Source of the DNA: an uncultured Candidatus Poseidoniales archaeon
GTDB taxonomy: Archaea > Thermoplasmatota > Poseidoniia > Poseidoniales > Thalassarchaeaceae
NCBI GenBank assembly: GCA_902593945.1
Contig: CACJKA010000001.1
Span: 105,905-169,904, forward strand
Direction: 5' to 3'
Length of the DNA stretch: 64,000 bases
Position numbers and translations under genes: made by a program. The notes beneath the pieces are model-generated. The model saw only the letters and a program-made list of their open reading frames with translations. It made no database searches and had not been told where the DNA came from. Numbering within the stretch: the stretch's first letter is position 1; every line of letters begins with the position of its first letter. This document shows positions 63,009 through 64,000 of this stretch, in pieces.

Positions 63009-64000
63009 GTGAAGGAGAGGATTGACATCTTGGGAGCGGGACTATCGGGCCTTGCTGCAGCAACTATCCTTGCTAAAGCAGGTAAAGAAGTTCATGTTCA
63101 TGAGATACGCAAAGATAGCGGAGCAAGATTCGATGGAGATTTCCAAGGAATTGAGAATTGGACAAGTGAAACTGACTTTTTTGATGAAATGATATCCTGG
63201 GGTTTAGAACCTGATGAATTTAAATCAAATGCATTTGATATTATTGATCTGATTCATCCCGACGACGTCATTACAAATCCAATAACAAATGGAACTGCTT
63301 TCAGAGTTGTAGAGAGGGGGACCGACGAACATTGTATAGATCAAGGGTTCAAACGAATGGCAATTTCAGCTGGTGCTAAGATTCACTATGGGGCTAAAGT
63401 CAATCCTGATGACTGCGATATCGTGGCAGCAGGCCCAAAAGATTCTAGCGCAATTGCTTTCGGAGAAATATTCCATACCGATCATCCAAACCATGTAGCA
63501 TTCCAATTGAATGATAAATTGGCACCAGGTGCCTATTCATACCTGATAATAATTGATGGAATAGGACTTATCTGTACATGTTTATGGAGAAAACAAAAAA
63601 AGTCTGGCAGGTATCTTAATGAAACCATAGCTTGGTACGATTCTAACTACGATTTGAATAGAATACCTATCAAAAGAGTTGGAGGTAAAGGGGACTTCAG
63701 TTTACCAAAAAAATATATTCATGAAGATAGGATATATGTTGGAGAAGCAGGAGGATTGCAGGATTTCATGTGGGGTTTTGGAATGAGGTATGCAATCACC
63801 AGTGGAGTTCTGGCTGCACAATCAATCCTCGGTGAATGTGACTATGAGGTTGAGGTAAGAAAAAGACTTGTTCCTTTAATCAAGACAAGCGCAATTAATA
63901 GATTCTTAATGAATAGAGTTGGAGATAGAGGATTTAAATTTGTAGCAAAATATTGGATGAGAGATCAAGAAAAGAAAGGTGATGGCTTGAGTTTCATGAA
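63009..64000 (+). CDS. FAD-dependent oxidoreductase (geranylgeranyl-reductase/FixC-like family), 3' end beyond the window
   Basis: Absent from the ORF track (open at the window edge). Hand translation from GTG 63009 gives (M)KERIDILGAGLSGLAAATILAKAGKEVHVHE..., a dinucleotide-binding GxGxxG-x17-E. Later comes the GD motif region YVGEAGGLQDFMWGFGMRYA. Open to position 64000. Confidence 0.7.
   Translation, partial: MKERIDILGAGLSGLAAATILAKAGKEVHVHEIRKDSGARFDGDFQGIENWTSETDFFDEMISWGLEPDEFKSNAFDIIDLIHPDDVITNPITNGTAFRVVERGTDEHCIDQGFKRMAISAGAKIHYGAKVNPDDCDIVAAGPKDSSAIAFGEIFHTDHPNHVAFQLNDKLAPGAYSYLIIIDGIGLICTCLWRKQKKSGRYLNETIAWYDSNYDLNRIPIKRVGGKGDFSLPKKYIHEDRIYVGEAGGLQDFMWGFGMRYAITSGVLAAQSILGECDYEVEVRKRLVPLIKTSAINRFLMNRVGDRGFKFVAKYWMRDQEKKGDGLSFM

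Noticed and set aside
1-64000. CRISPR arrays, rRNA genes, IS elements and long direct or inverted repeats
   Set aside because: Scanning the intergenic regions showed no regularly spaced repeats and no rRNA-like GC-rich blocks beyond the RNAs reported. The stand-alone Cas4-like nuclease (30193..31077) has no cas neighbours.

Overview
This is a densely coded, visibly AT-rich archaeal chromosome segment. The archaeal assignment rests on GatD, the RFC small subunit, fibrillarin plus Nop5, TFS, PCNA, Orc1/Cdc6 and an intron-containing tRNA. Many bacterial or eukaryote-type metabolic and repair genes are mixed in: fused IcmF mutase, Fpg, SMUG1-type UDG, class I FBP aldolase, GlpX, a diflavin reductase and acyl-CoA carboxylase parts. 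This mixture resembles planktonic Thermoplasmatota (Marine Group II/III-like), but that placement is inference only. I support about 64 CDS (two run off the window edges and are missing from the ORF track), 2 tRNAs (Met/Ile2-CAU with a 76-nt intron, and Gly-UCC) and one GC-rich structured RNA locus that folds like a multi-hairpin box H/ACA guide RNA. I saw no CRISPR array, rRNA, integrase or transposase. The most unusual region is 18.5-26.9 kb, a block of lineage-specific genes with no metabolic assignment. It holds a 76-aa ThiS/MoaD-like ubiquitin-like ORF ending in GG-F. Next to it is one polypeptide fusing an E1-like adenylation domain to a C-terminal JAMM/MPN+ peptidase. A translationally coupled 78-aa helical ORF and a divergent TFIIB/TFB paralog follow. 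Two large tandem paralogs with N-terminal zinc ribbons and acidic coiled-coil tails face them, and a twin zinc-ribbon protein coupled to a membrane protein sits at the far end. No E2 candidate is visible. I rank this as the best candidate for an undescribed system, either E2-independent Ubl tagging or a sulfur-carrier module. Secondary items include a PPAT::DUF359 CoA-synthase-like fusion, an APC transporter with a C-terminal EF-hand pair, and an AmnAB-like catalytic/degenerate LigB dioxygenase pair with a RidA fusion. There is also a degenerate TBP-fold protein in a three-gene operon and an 876-aa wHTH protein next to twin small wHTH-like paralogs. All calls come from reading the sequence and motif recall; no database search was run.
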